Shown here piece after piece: positions 37,735 to 49,358 of a stretch of 64,000 nt of DNA. Location of the stretch: contig CM119268.1 of the NCBI GenBank assembly GCA_051294375.1, forward strand, positions 3,128,703-3,192,702, written 5' to 3'. Numbering within the stretch: position 1 is the stretch's first letter; every line of letters starts with the position of its first letter. The notes beneath the pieces were generated by a model that had not been told where the DNA came from, searched no databases, and saw nothing but the letters and a program-made list of their open reading frames with translations. Source of the DNA: Paraspadella gotoi. Taxonomy: Eukaryota > Animalia > Chaetognatha. The position numbers and the translations under genes were made by a program.

Positions 37735-38330
37735 TTTTAATTTTTTTATATTATTATATAATATATAAAAATTATGTATATAAATATAATATATTTTTAA
37801 AAATATATTTTTTTATTTTATCTGAAAAAAGTTAAATATTATATATTATATATATATGTATAAACAAATATATTATTTTATATTAAAAGAAATAATTTAT
37901 TTTGTTAAACTCTGGCAATGTTTCTTTATCATGGATCTATTTAATTTTATAAAATATAATAATCATATTAAAAATAAATAAATTTAATTTTTAATTTCTT
38001 TTATTTTTATAAATAATAATTTAATAATATTATATCAATAATAATAATAATTAATAATAATTAAAATAATAATAATAAATAAAATAAATATTTATTTTTT
38101 AATTTTATTTTTTTTAGTTATAATTATTATTTTTTATATTATTATTATTATTATTTATGTATTTTTTATATTATATATAATCTGATAATAATATATATTT
38201 TATTATAAAATAATTTTTAATTTTTATTTATTTACAATTTATAAAAAATTATATTTTAATTATTTAATATATTAATAAATTTTTTAAAAATTTATTTTTA
38301 TAAATCATATATATCATAAAAATTAATTTT
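37735..38330. repeat. Extremely AT-rich low-complexity block
   Basis: Almost only A/T, with ata/taa runs. Confidence 0.9.
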
Positions 38331-38649
38331 TACTGAACGGGATTTTTCTGAAAAATTCAGAGCCGCAGGATCTCACTGCTGCCGCCGGTTCTTAAAGCTT
38401 AGTACTACGCATTATGTACTAATCTTTGTTGGATCAAACGAGCTTCGATTTTTCACAAGCGAAAGTTGATCGGTTTGAAAGAGCGATTTTGGGCGATGCT
38501 TTTTGGCGGATACTTTTGAACGGGATCTGTGCGGTTTATGATGAAATTTATGCACTGTAGATCTATCGGTTTGCAATTGTCTATCGAACGCTACCAAAAT
38601 TGATATATTTAAACAAATGAAGTGTCATTGTTTAGAAACGATGCTCATT

Positions 38650-39580
38650 CTTCGCCATTTTAAGGCTTTCTTTTGCCCAACAGATTGGCAAAATCCATGA
38701 AGTTTCCCTCCCGTCGCAGTGGCATTACGTTCCTACAGATCAAAACCCCGCGATATTTGTTCCCATTTGTTTGAGGCATCCTCGCGGGAAATTCAGACGC
38801 TTACTTGTCCTTTTTCCCATCAAGGTCCCGCCTTTCTTTGGCAAATGCCCGCCGAATGGCGCACAGGTTGACGGAGATTCATGTAATCATGCAGAAATTA
38901 AAGTAGAGATTAATGTATTTAAAAACTAGTAAACTAACTGAGAACGAATTTTTAAGAAAATATATCAGCTAACTTATCTCAATGGTCAAAACTTGTTTTT
39001 AGAGTAATTATTTATCAAAGATTCTTAGCGCTATTTTGGCTAACCTAAGAAAAAAACGCGACAAAAGCAAAAAATTTAGCACGAAATACAGAAACAAATT
39101 TAGCAGAAAAAGCAATCTTTATAAATTAATACCAAAGTGAACCTTTGAAAATGAATTTAAAATTTTCTTAAGAATCATAAGCATCGTGACCCTGAGATTC
39201 GACAAGAATTACGCTCTAAAGTTTCTCCCATTCGAGATTTAGATCCGTTCATCGACGACGACGGCATTCTCTCGTGTCGGAGGTCGACTGCATCGAGCAA
39301 ATGAGCGTTACGAGACTCGCCATCCGCGATCCTTCCAGCGAAGTCACCTCAGGTAGAAATGCTTATTAATTACTCATTTATAAATGAAGCACACCGCCGG
39401 ACAGAAACAGGTTCATCTAGCTCAATTAAGACAAAAAATATTTGGAGTTTTATCTGGACTCGTCAAACACGAAAAAATTACTCCGAAATGTGTGCCTTGT
39501 CAACGTCGTCATGCGCGCACGAGAAGCTAAAGATGGTGCCACTTCCTGCAATAAGTACATTTGGATTACCTAGGTTATCC
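38650..39580 (+). mobile_element. BEL/Pao LTR-retrotransposon pol fragment (end of RNase H to integrase zinc-binding domain), frameshifted
   Basis: Family-diagnostic motifs: QWHYVPTDQNPA(D)..SRG..GPAFL..W (38717-38860), DLDPFIDDDGIL/RVGGRL..RHP.ILP (39236-39340), H..H..LRQKY/W..KCVPC (to 39500), MVPLP and LDYLG. Confidence 0.9.
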
Positions 39581-40363
39581 GAGTTTTGAAGGCTTCAGGC
39601 AGTTGACCCCTTTGATTGCGTTCCTCTCTTTTAATTTGCTTATAGTTAATACTCGTTATTAGATGCAAACAGATGGACTTGCGATATGGATTTTTACGAT
39701 GTCTGGGACTTCCTGATATGGAGCAGCCTGGTTACCTGCATGGGACTCTCTCTGGGGAAGGGAGCGAGGAGTATTCTTTTCAATACGGACTGAACGGGAG
39801 ATAATTATTTCTCACTTTAAATTATAATTTAACGGCTCGTGTGAACCTACAATGCTACTGGTTTGTTATCTCTTTACGATTTCCATGGAGTCCATAGATT
39901 TCTGGGACACCCCGTCAGATTTTCTAAAATACAGTCATAGTTATCGCTAATCTCGTTTAATAGCGAGAAATTGTGTTATCTTTGTTCCTCTATCTGTATC
40001 TTTAACTAAGTTTTTTAAAAATAGGCTTAAAAAAAAAGAAAATAAAAGTGACATGCAAAAATAAGTAGATGGCTTAAAAATGCTGTGAGGGATAACATGT
40101 AAACAATAAAAACTAAACCTATTATCCCATGTCTCAAGAACTAGCTTCGCTCGACGAATTAAGTGACCACTTTTGGATCTTACTCGGCCGATTATTCAAC
40201 CCCTATTCCAAACCGCGACTCTCACCCTCTCATTTTCCCGGAGCTGTAGGAAACCATCTCGGTAACGCCCTAACTCAGAGCATGGCCAATCAAGAGACAC
40301 ATCTCTTCCCACGTTTCTAAGTTGGAATAAAAGGGAAGTCATGATGAAATATTTGAAAACCAT

Positions 40364-40947
40364 ATGATTGACTATGAAGAAAGCATTATTAATCGAATTC
40401 GTCATTTTTTGGTCCACCCTCTCGTTACCCACGTTTCCACACTCGACCCCTCCCGGATCGCGGACGACCTCTTCACCCTCGATGTTTTGACCCACTTTCT
40501 GGGTTGTGTCCGCTTCCGTAGCTCTCCTGTCCCTAATTTGAATGAATATGTCGTAAGCTTGGAAGCAGTCTTATACGCCTTCGCTATCTGCTTTTTTGGA
40601 AGTGTGCCGCATCCGAGAATACTATTACGTGTCTACGCTTTCAACCAACCGAGCTATTCAATGTGGAACCTTATCCGTCATACTCCGGAGAAATTGGTAT
40701 TGAAGACGTCGTTCAGCTGGGTCGCTTTAGTTTGATTGACCTTGGACTCCGCGAGACACAATATGGTGGTTTACTCGATGACGAATATCCGGAATACTAC
40801 CTCTCCCCTCGTTTTTTTTTCGAAGCCGTGCACTCCCGACCGGAACCCATGTTTCGTCGGCGTTACAACGTCGTACCGCCTAACCTAGGAAACTTGTTTG
40901 ATTCGGGGATCTCGCTCCCTTTCTCTCTTGTTGATATCTCTATTTGA
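40364..40947 (+). CDS. Orphan ORF pair (123 aa + 94 aa, overlapping, probably one frameshifted ~190-aa ORF)
   Basis: High-complexity, globular-looking translations in track ORFs 40364-40735 and 40663-40947, with no introns evident. No family recognised. Confidence 0.35.
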
Positions 40948-43900
40948 TATACAAAGTAGTTTCTGCTTGTAAATACGAGCCAAATCCCCGACAATGAAGA
41001 CTTGTGAAGAAGTTATGTTCCCAAGGAGTAAGTAATAATTGCTTTTGATCCATCAACTATGTTAGTCGTCTAAAACTAAACTATTTTAAAATGTTTTTTT
41101 AATTGTAAATTACCCTTCGTAATCCCAAACTTACTCGTAGCCATATCACTGCTCTTTATTTACTTGCTTTTATCTTCTCCGAGCTTTTGTTTTTAAGAAA
41201 TTGCATTTAATGAACCCAACAGTTTTTATTGTAACCGATCATTCTACCCTGTTCCTTTGTTTTTGGAAAATCCGAATTTGATCGTGGTCCCACCCTTCTA
41301 ACTTTGCTTTTAAAGACAAAATTCATAAATGTTGCACCACTCCGCGGGTTTGCACCAAGCCGGCGGGTAATCTGTTCAACACGATATCTTAATGATTTTA
41401 TCTGAGATTTAAACTCTGTCCGTTCGCAATCGAGGAACTACGTTCAACCCTACTATTTAGAGAGTCACAGAATCGTGGATTTAATAATTTCTCCTGCTCC
41501 TCCTATTGGTTTAAATGCTTTTCTTCTATTCTTCTCCTAAGACCTGCAATTCTATCGGTCCTAAGTCGCGGTCTTATTTGGTTCAAGCTTCTGGCTTTCC
41601 GTTCGGATCTATAATATATGTATATATTTCTATCATCGCAGATTTGCCTACGGGCGTAACGCTGTAGTTGAGGAGGCGGACACCAGGTTTTTCTTGATAA
41701 TAAAAATGGGATGTGCACAAGTGTATAGCCCTAAAGGAGGTGAATATATGATTCGTTGAACTAACTTGAAATTAATCTCTGTGAGAGTTATACTTAAAAT
41801 TCTTCCTTGTAGATTTACCAGGTGGTTTCTGTCCGGGCCTGGGTCCCGGCTGCTTTGGCTGGCTAGTAATGTCACGGTGTCTGTCCGGCCGTCCCCGGCT
41901 TCATTTCACGTCTGTGTGCCCGCCCAAGTCCTATTCATGTGTGGTATGCGCTCTCGCGTATTCAACGTTCTTTAGTTTTCGACACTTCCGGATGTTGAGT
42001 ATTCTATATATTCCGCATTCGGCGGGTTTGGATTTATATAATTGGTCCAAAATTGGTAATCGCGTCCTTATTACTAGAGGAGTGGAAATTATAATTTGAC
42101 TGCTTATACCTTTAATATTTTTCTTCTGCGCGTTTGTCTTTATTGAGAGATAAAACCCGCAACCTTAACTTTAGTTTAGTTTCAAATATTAATATTTTAA
42201 ATTTAAAGTTAAATTATAAAATTAACCGATTTTAACGTTAACCGTTAAAAAAACGTTAGTTTTAACGGTTAAGCGAAGTTCCTCAAAAATTAACGGTTAA
42301 CGGAACCCTACCCCCGTCACGTCATCTATACGCGTCTTCGTGGTCGTCTTCCGTCGCCATCGTCGTCGTCTTCGTCGTCGTCCTCGTCGTTTTCTCTCGC
42401 TGTCTCTCGATCATCATCTGTAGTCTGTGGTCGTCGGTCTAGTCGTCAACGTGTCTGATTACGCATTCTCACTTCTACTTCTCTTCTTTTTTCTTCGTTT
42501 GTCGCGACTACGAAACCGGGAAATGGCGTTAATTAGCGGCGGAACGGGTGCTTGTGGTGGGAGGTTGTGGGTGGGGAGGTTGTAGGTAGTCTGGTGGATC
42601 GGGAGGTGTGGGTGAGTGTGGTGGGAGGTGTGGGTGGGATGTGTGGGTGGGGGATGTTGTGGTCGGTGGGTGGCGCGGTGGGTGGTGCCTAGTTTTTCTC
42701 CATTTTTTTTTAAATAATGTCTTTAATACGTATTAACGACGAATTAGAACTCGCTTTATTTTTTATTCTTTCTTTCTTCTTTCTTTCTTTCTCTTTCTTT
42801 CTTCTTCTTTTTTCTTTCTTTCTTCTTCTTCTCTCTCTTTCTTATTCTTTACTTCTCTATCCGCTCGGCTAACGGCGGCTCGCCCCAATCTACGGTCGTC
42901 GGCGAAAACGACGCCGGCTATACGAAGGGCGACATTAGTAAATAAAGGGCGCGCTGCCGGATAAGAAACCGGCGAGGGAAAGAAACCCGCCGGCGATAAA
43001 TCATAAAGGCGGACAAAAATGGGCGAAATCGCCAAAAAACCGCCCGCCTAAAATTCCTGGCCGCGGTCCCGCCGCTAAAGAAAACAGGCTTGCCAAGAAA
43101 TCACACTTCCTGTCGCCTCTTCTCCCTTTCTCAAGGAAACGGGTCGGGTCCTTGTCTTCCAAGGTCCTTTCTTATCTTTCTTGTACCATATACGCCGTCT
43201 ATTTTCCGTGCCATGTTTCTCCATAGTGTCGCCCGCCCTGTGGAGACCCAATAAAGGCTCGCCTCTCTCCTGCCTAACGCCCTCGCGCGTGCGCCCAACC
43301 ACTAGCAAGCGCTGGCGTTTGAAGTTCCGTGCTGCTTGTGGTGTCTCCCTTCCTGGGTGAAAGGGCAGCGCCGGCGGCGTCCGTGCGCATTCTGCGCGTC
43401 CGGGTCCCTCCGGGTCCGTATATCTCCTGTGACAAAAACGGACCTTTTCCTCGCCAAAAAGGGCAGCGCCTTCTTTAGCTCCTCCTCTTCTTTTCTCTCT
43501 TTCTTTCCTTCAATCTTCCTTTTCCCTCCCTGTTTTCTTCTTTCTTTTTTTTTCCATTTCCTCCTCTTTTCCCTCTTGTCTCTTTTTCCCATGCTGTTCT
43601 TCCATCGCCCCTGCCTTTCCGCCTTCCTCCGCTCTTTTGAATCCCCAGCGCCCACACTCACCACAACTTTTCCCCCATCATCAACCCCGCCGGAGCCCAC
43701 CACTTTGCCTCGCTCGGCCACGGCCAACTGAACGAGAACTCGGATCGGTCAGCAGTTTCAGCAAACAACTGCTACTATGCGCCACAGCAGCCACCCGCAC
43801 GGAAGGCCCCGCGGTCCGCGGTCCTTCCGGACCTTTCGTTATTCCGAGAACTCTCGTCCCACCCTTTCTCGGCGCGGCCGCCGGGCTCGGCGTCGAAAGC

Positions 43901-45515
43901 CCGCTCCAACGACTCCCGCCCCTCGCTCTTTGTAGTGAGTTGCGCACTATTACCTGGCCCACCACGTACCAGACCGGAACAGCGCCGCGCACTTCCGTTA
44001 TTTTGTAGTCCGGCCGTTCGCGTCCGCCTTATCACACGCACCGATCTAGCGCCCGCCTATTCCTCACAAGCAGATACCCAGGGTACAGGTTCCAAGCCAG
44101 AGAGCGCGGTCGGGGCGAGGCCAATGGATAGCGAAGGACAGTACTATACTTAAGTCGACAGGTACTCCGGGTTCGCTAGCACGCACGTCGGCCCGTCAGT
44201 CCGTCGGCAGCCGAGATCTGTGCAGGTAACCCCCTCTTCTCCCTCTCGAAGCAATCCCAAACCACGGCCGGTTCAGGGGAACCAGGTAGAAGGAGAAAAC
44301 AAACGTTGGCGCGTGCGGAGAAAGAAAAGCGTCGAGGTGCCTTGTCATCTCCCAAGACCTATTCACACCTATATCAATGCTGGTCCGCGGGCCCCTCCCG
44401 CCGCCAGGGCTCCAGTCCGTCCACGGCCGGGCCGGGGCCTCGGCAGTCAGCCGGTCTGCCGGCGGGCCCCTGCCGGCAGCCCCTGCCACCCCTTTACTGG
44501 CACCCCCGACGTTTCAAGCGCACTCGCGGGCCCGCAACAAGATGCACCCCGGCTCGTCGGTCAGTGCCCTTCGCCCTCCTTACAGCGGCGCTACGGACCG
44601 CAGGCCGCCGTCCACTCGGGACCTGAGCAGACGCGGCCGAGATGTTTTATGCAAAGCCCCGACAATAAATCACCGCGGGCAATATCCTCCATACAGAGGG
44701 GATGCTGCGGGTGACAGAGCCTTCTTTTTTTGTATAATTTGTGTTCTCTCTTTTTTTTTCTTTTTATACTTTTTTTTTTTTTTTTCTCCTTTGTCGTTTA
44801 ATATTCAAAAACTTGGTCCTTCTACCTTCCGTGACCCTTCTGCTCCGCCCCTCTTCCTCCGGGTCGTCGAAGGGAGCGGGAACCCTGCGTGGCTCTCGTG
44901 CCCAAGCAGCAGCATCATCACAAAAGGTGGCTAGGGGAGTCGAGCGAGACTCGCCGCTGCCGCATCGCCCCTACCTCCGACTGCGGAGCACGGATTACTA
45001 CGTGCCCTCCTTCCACCGTCTCGGCGGCGAGCATCCTCCATTCATCAATCCTCCTAAATTGTTTTTTTTTTTTTTTTTTTTTTTTTTTTCGTTTTTGTTT
45101 ATTTTTTTTTTTTGTTTTTCTCCTTCTTTTTTTTTCTTTCTTTCTTTGGTTTTACTGATGTATGTTTGTTCTTTCGTTGTTGTGTGATTTTCTTTTAGCT
45201 TGTACTTCTAATGTGTGCGTATTTTTTCTTATTTATTGTTTCTTATCTCTATGATTCTCTTTTTTTTTTTTTTTCTTTCTTTCTTTCTTTCCTTTTCTTT
45301 TTGTTCTTTCTTAGCTTTCTTATTTTTTTGTCCTTTCTTTCTTTTTCTTTCTTTTTTTCCTTTTCTTTCTTTTTTTTTCTTTTTTATTTTCTTTCATTTT
45401 CTTTCTTTCTCCTCCGCTCTTCTTTGGCTTGCTGACAATTTTTTTGAATCGCGTACTTGTCGTACTGTAGCGTCCCTGGTGATTTTCTACTTGCCTCCTT
45501 TTATAGCCGCAGGAA

Positions 45516-45589
<74 letters not shown>

Positions 45590-46004
45590 TTTTATTTTTG
45601 ATAACAAACCCATTACCATTATGACTTATATTTTCTCTTCTTTAATCTGCTGTTTAAAACGGGAAAAGAGCGAGAGAGAGAGAAAGAGAGAAAGAGAGAA
45701 AGAGAGAAAGAGAGAGATAGCGACAGAGAGAGAGAGCCATCGCGTGGCGCGAACCGCAGGTGCTGACTGACTTCGTCGACCATTCATCGCAAAAGACTTT
45801 TTCATCGCCGACCTAATTTCAGTCCAGGTTCATCCGTCGTTGTTGTTGTTGTCGTCGTCGTCGTCGTCGTCGTTCGGGTGGTCCTTGTTTTCTAATCGAG
45901 TCGTCGTCGTCGTCGTCGTCCAAGCGACTGACCCGACGCATACTGTTTCATCCACACTGTATTTATTTTCTGTTTTTCCGCTTAGCGACAACAAAGATTA
46001 ATTT

Positions 46005-46069
46005 GTTCAGTTGCAGAATGCTGGCCTGCCACGCGGGCGGCCCGGGTTCGATTCTTGGTCGATGCACCA
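46005..46069 (+). pseudogene. 5'-truncated tRNA-Gly(GCC) copy with encoded CCA
   Basis: gttcagttgcagaatgctggcctGCCacgcgggcggcccgggttcgattcttggtcgatgca-CCA matches the eukaryotic tRNA-Gly-GCC consensus from position 10 to the 3' end with about 6 substitutions. The 5' acceptor strand is absent. Confidence 0.88.
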
Positions 46070-46070
46070 C

Positions 46071-46182
46071 TGTTAGAAGGTAAATATGGTTCCATCAGAC
46101 GGCACGGTCGACCACATTGTTGCCCACTGTGATTACGAACAAGAGAACGGCGAATGCCAACTATACGATTCGCACTCTAACA
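46071..46182 (-). mobile_element. Short (112-bp) LTR-like unit with tRNA-Gly primer-binding site
   Basis: Termini tgttaga...tctaaca form a 7-bp inverted repeat (TG..CA). The minus strand reads ...ctaaCA-g-TGGTGCATCGACC, the canonical LTR-PBS junction. Confidence 0.55.
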
Positions 46183-46719
46183 TTAGATTTCTATTAATTA
46201 TCAAACGACAAACTGTAAGGGGAACAATGTATAAATCAAGTATAAATCATTAGGCAATGAATGATAACAATACACATCGGTAGGTACAGTCCTTTGAACT
46301 ATCCCCTATTTTATTGGCGAGAATATCCACCAAATCCACGAAACCAAAATTTTTGCCATCCTTGTTATACAAATAATGAAGTTCTCTTGTACATAAATTA
46401 TTATGTCATAACTATAAACAATTTTTCTACAACTTAAATTTATTTTTCCTCTATTGTTTGCTGTAATAATTGTTGTTATTGTATATATCTAAATGCATCT
46501 TTAATATTAACTCGATATGAACACCTTAAAATTGTCAATCACATTGCCAACCGATCAGCAATCAACCAATCATGCAATCGCTCAAGACCTAACAGAATTA
46601 AGGAATTGAGAAAATAAAAGATACAGAGAAGCAAAAAGATAGAGAGTGAGAGAGCGATAGAGAGAGAGAGTCGCTTTTAAATTTATGGCTTATGACGCAA
46701 TGTGAGGGGAGAAGTTATG

Positions 46720-46812
<93 letters not shown>

Positions 46813-47616
46813 AAGTGAGGTTCCGGGGTCAAGCGAGGTCAAGTAACCTGATATAACCGCGACTCGAGATATTTCTTATTTTTCTCGCTCCGGATTTGGA
46901 TAGAGGGATAGAGGTGGAAAGGATACAGGGAGGATATTAGGTTAGGATTGAGGGATAGATGGGCTGGGATAGAGACAGAAATGTGGTGACGCTGATAATA
47001 ATAACTGATAAATGATAAGTGATAAGTGATAATACGTATATTACGTATCTCTTCTCATTTCTTAATATTATTTTTTTCGGTTTTTTTCTTTTTTTGCTAT
47101 TTAATTGAAATAAAACTTTTCACCTAATTTTCATACGCCTTTTTGCACCGTTTTGAATTTAACATTTTTTTAAATCGGATTTAATTAATAGAACGAAATA
47201 GAATTGAATATTTTTTTAGTCATTTTTTATTTTTTATTCTTCTTTTTTTCTTTTCAGATTCGGTTTATATTATTTAATTTACGGATTTTTATCTGTTATA
47301 CCGCGTTTTTTATATGTTAAAAAAAAGGATTTATGAGTTTGTTTTTTTCTCTTTTTTTTCGTCATCCCATTCCTATCGCTCATTTCTAATTCTGTTTTTC
47401 TATCAGACCGTCCATTTATCATCAAGGGAGTTTTCCTTATTTCCTATTCTTCCGATTTTCTTATCACTTTTCTTTTCCTTATTTTCCCCTTCTTTTTTTC
47501 CCTCTCCTTTCTTTCCCTCCTTTTTTTTCTATCTCTCGCGTCGTACCCTTCTTTCGAAGCACCTCTCACCCGTGACAATGAATAACTGACAAAAAACCAG
47601 ACACGTGAAAATGTTT

Positions 47617-47617
<1 letters not shown>

Positions 47618-47655
<38 letters not shown>

Positions 47656-48137
47656 TCTCTCTTTGAAGTTCAGTTAATATTTTGGCACTATTTTTCGTGA
47701 GCGCTCAATTTCCGTTTCTGACAACTAAATATTTAACCCTAACTTCTTACCAAATACTTAACTTAATCCATAACCCTAATTTCTAACAATAAGCTAATCC
47801 CTAAGAATAATCTAATCCCTAACAACAATCTAATCCCTAACAATTTAATAGTGAATTTAAGCTGAAGTGGAAACTTTGGTAATATTACGTATTGCAAAAC
47901 TATATGGTCATTTGTTCACCCTAATGATTTTATGTCCACATGCACCATTGACCAATTTCCGCGCGAGAATAAAGATTCACTTGGACGCGAGAGTTTCGAC
48001 GCCATTTTGTTTTTGCGCGCGCGTACGTGCACTTTTTCCTTCGCACGTGCGTGCAGTTTGCGCATTTCGCTAACATCTTCCGTTATGAGTTTTGGTCACC
48101 GACGGCGGCTTTCTCGTTTTTCTTCATCTTCGTCGTT

Positions 48138-48184
<47 letters not shown>

Positions 48185-48369
48185 TCACTTTCTCGTTTTT
48201 TCGTTAAATCGTCGCGAACTGTTGACTACAACAGACTAATAAGTAATAACATCAACAGTGATTGTCAACCTCTTTCTCACTCAATCGCTACTTATATTCG
48301 GTGCTCTTGAAACATTATTTTTCTTTTAAATTCCCACGATGGGCTTCTTTATAGTCGTAAACTTTTATG

Positions 48370-48426
<57 letters not shown>

Positions 48427-48428
48427 GT
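47618..48428. repeat. (CGT/GTC)n microsatellites
   Basis: Tracts at 47618-47654, 48130-48184 and 48372-48428. Confidence 0.93.
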
Positions 48429-49108
48429 CTCTTCTCCCGAGGCAATTCGTTATTCCAGAGGTGTAAACGTCACGAAATCTCAGCCAAAGAAATTTTCTGT
48501 TTTTTCTCTTTTCAAAAGTTTTCTTTTTTTTTTCTTTTAATCCTATTTCTTTAGAGAGAGAGAAAAAAAAACTATTTTAAATACAGAACCGTCATGCTAC
48601 GTGAATCACTGAATGAATGGCTTGATGGACATTTTTTTTGAAAACGAAAGAATATTACACGGAATTAATTTTTATGGTGGTACGGTTGGTTCAAAAAGTA
48701 TTAATAATAAAATATTATATTGAATTATAAATGAATTTAATAGCCATTGAGCACATAAAATGTTTTTAGTTTTTTAGCACAACAGGCTGAGCATTTCGTT
48801 CCGTCGGTCAGTCAGTCTGTCTTTTGTTTTAACTCAAGTAATACAACTTTAATAATTACTTGATGATGTACCAAGAGTTGAATAATATGCAAAAGACTTT
48901 GTTTACGCTTAGTTCCAGAAAAAATACAGACAAAAGTACCGATGACAATACATATTAAGAAATGCCAACCAATACTGCGCACACAGATTGGAGAGTCTCT
49001 ACAGAAGGAAGAAAAAAGAAATAATTGAAATTTGTGAAACGAAAAAAAAATAAAAAAGGAAATTGAATGAAAAACAAAAAAAATTGGAATCAGGAAATTT
49101 TTCTTCTT

Positions 49109-49358
49109 TGACAACGACTAAGACAACGACGAAGACAAAGACGAATACAACGACGAAGACAACGACGAATACAACGACGAAGACGACCGACGAAGACAAC
49201 GACGAAGACAACGACGAAGACAACGACGAAGACAACGACGAAGACAAGACGAAGACAAGGACGAAGACAACGACGAAGACAACGACGAAGACGAAGACGA
49301 AGACAAGGACGAAACAACGACGAAGACGACGACGAAGACAACGAGAAGACGACGACGA
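49109..49358. repeat. 12-bp tandem repeat (gacaacgacgaa)n with variants
   Basis: Read directly from the sequence. Confidence 0.9.

Larger units (their letters stand above)
36483..42310. mobile_element. Putative hAT-like DNA transposon (non-autonomous, cargo-bearing); duplicate left end at 35267
   Basis: Left TIR tagtgttccgataaccgttaa versus right TIR (reverse complement) tagggttccgttaaccgttaa. Clustered aacggtt/aaccgtt subterminal motifs at both ends. Flanking 8-mers gccccatc and cccccgtc match 6/8. No transposase seen. Confidence 0.55.

Noticed and set aside
42545-42690. G-rich (ggtggg)n tract as a functional G-quadruplex
   Set aside because: Irregular low-complexity sequence in an error-prone region, with no independent support.
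46005-46069. Functional tRNA-Gly gene or prophage attachment site
   Set aside because: The 5' acceptor strand is missing and the T-stem is mutated. There is no integrase or phage content.
47755-47845. Telomeric repeats (aaccctaa/taatccctaa; also ~7200-7260)
   Set aside because: Degenerate, dispersed and interstitial, not a tandem TTAGGG/TTAGG array.
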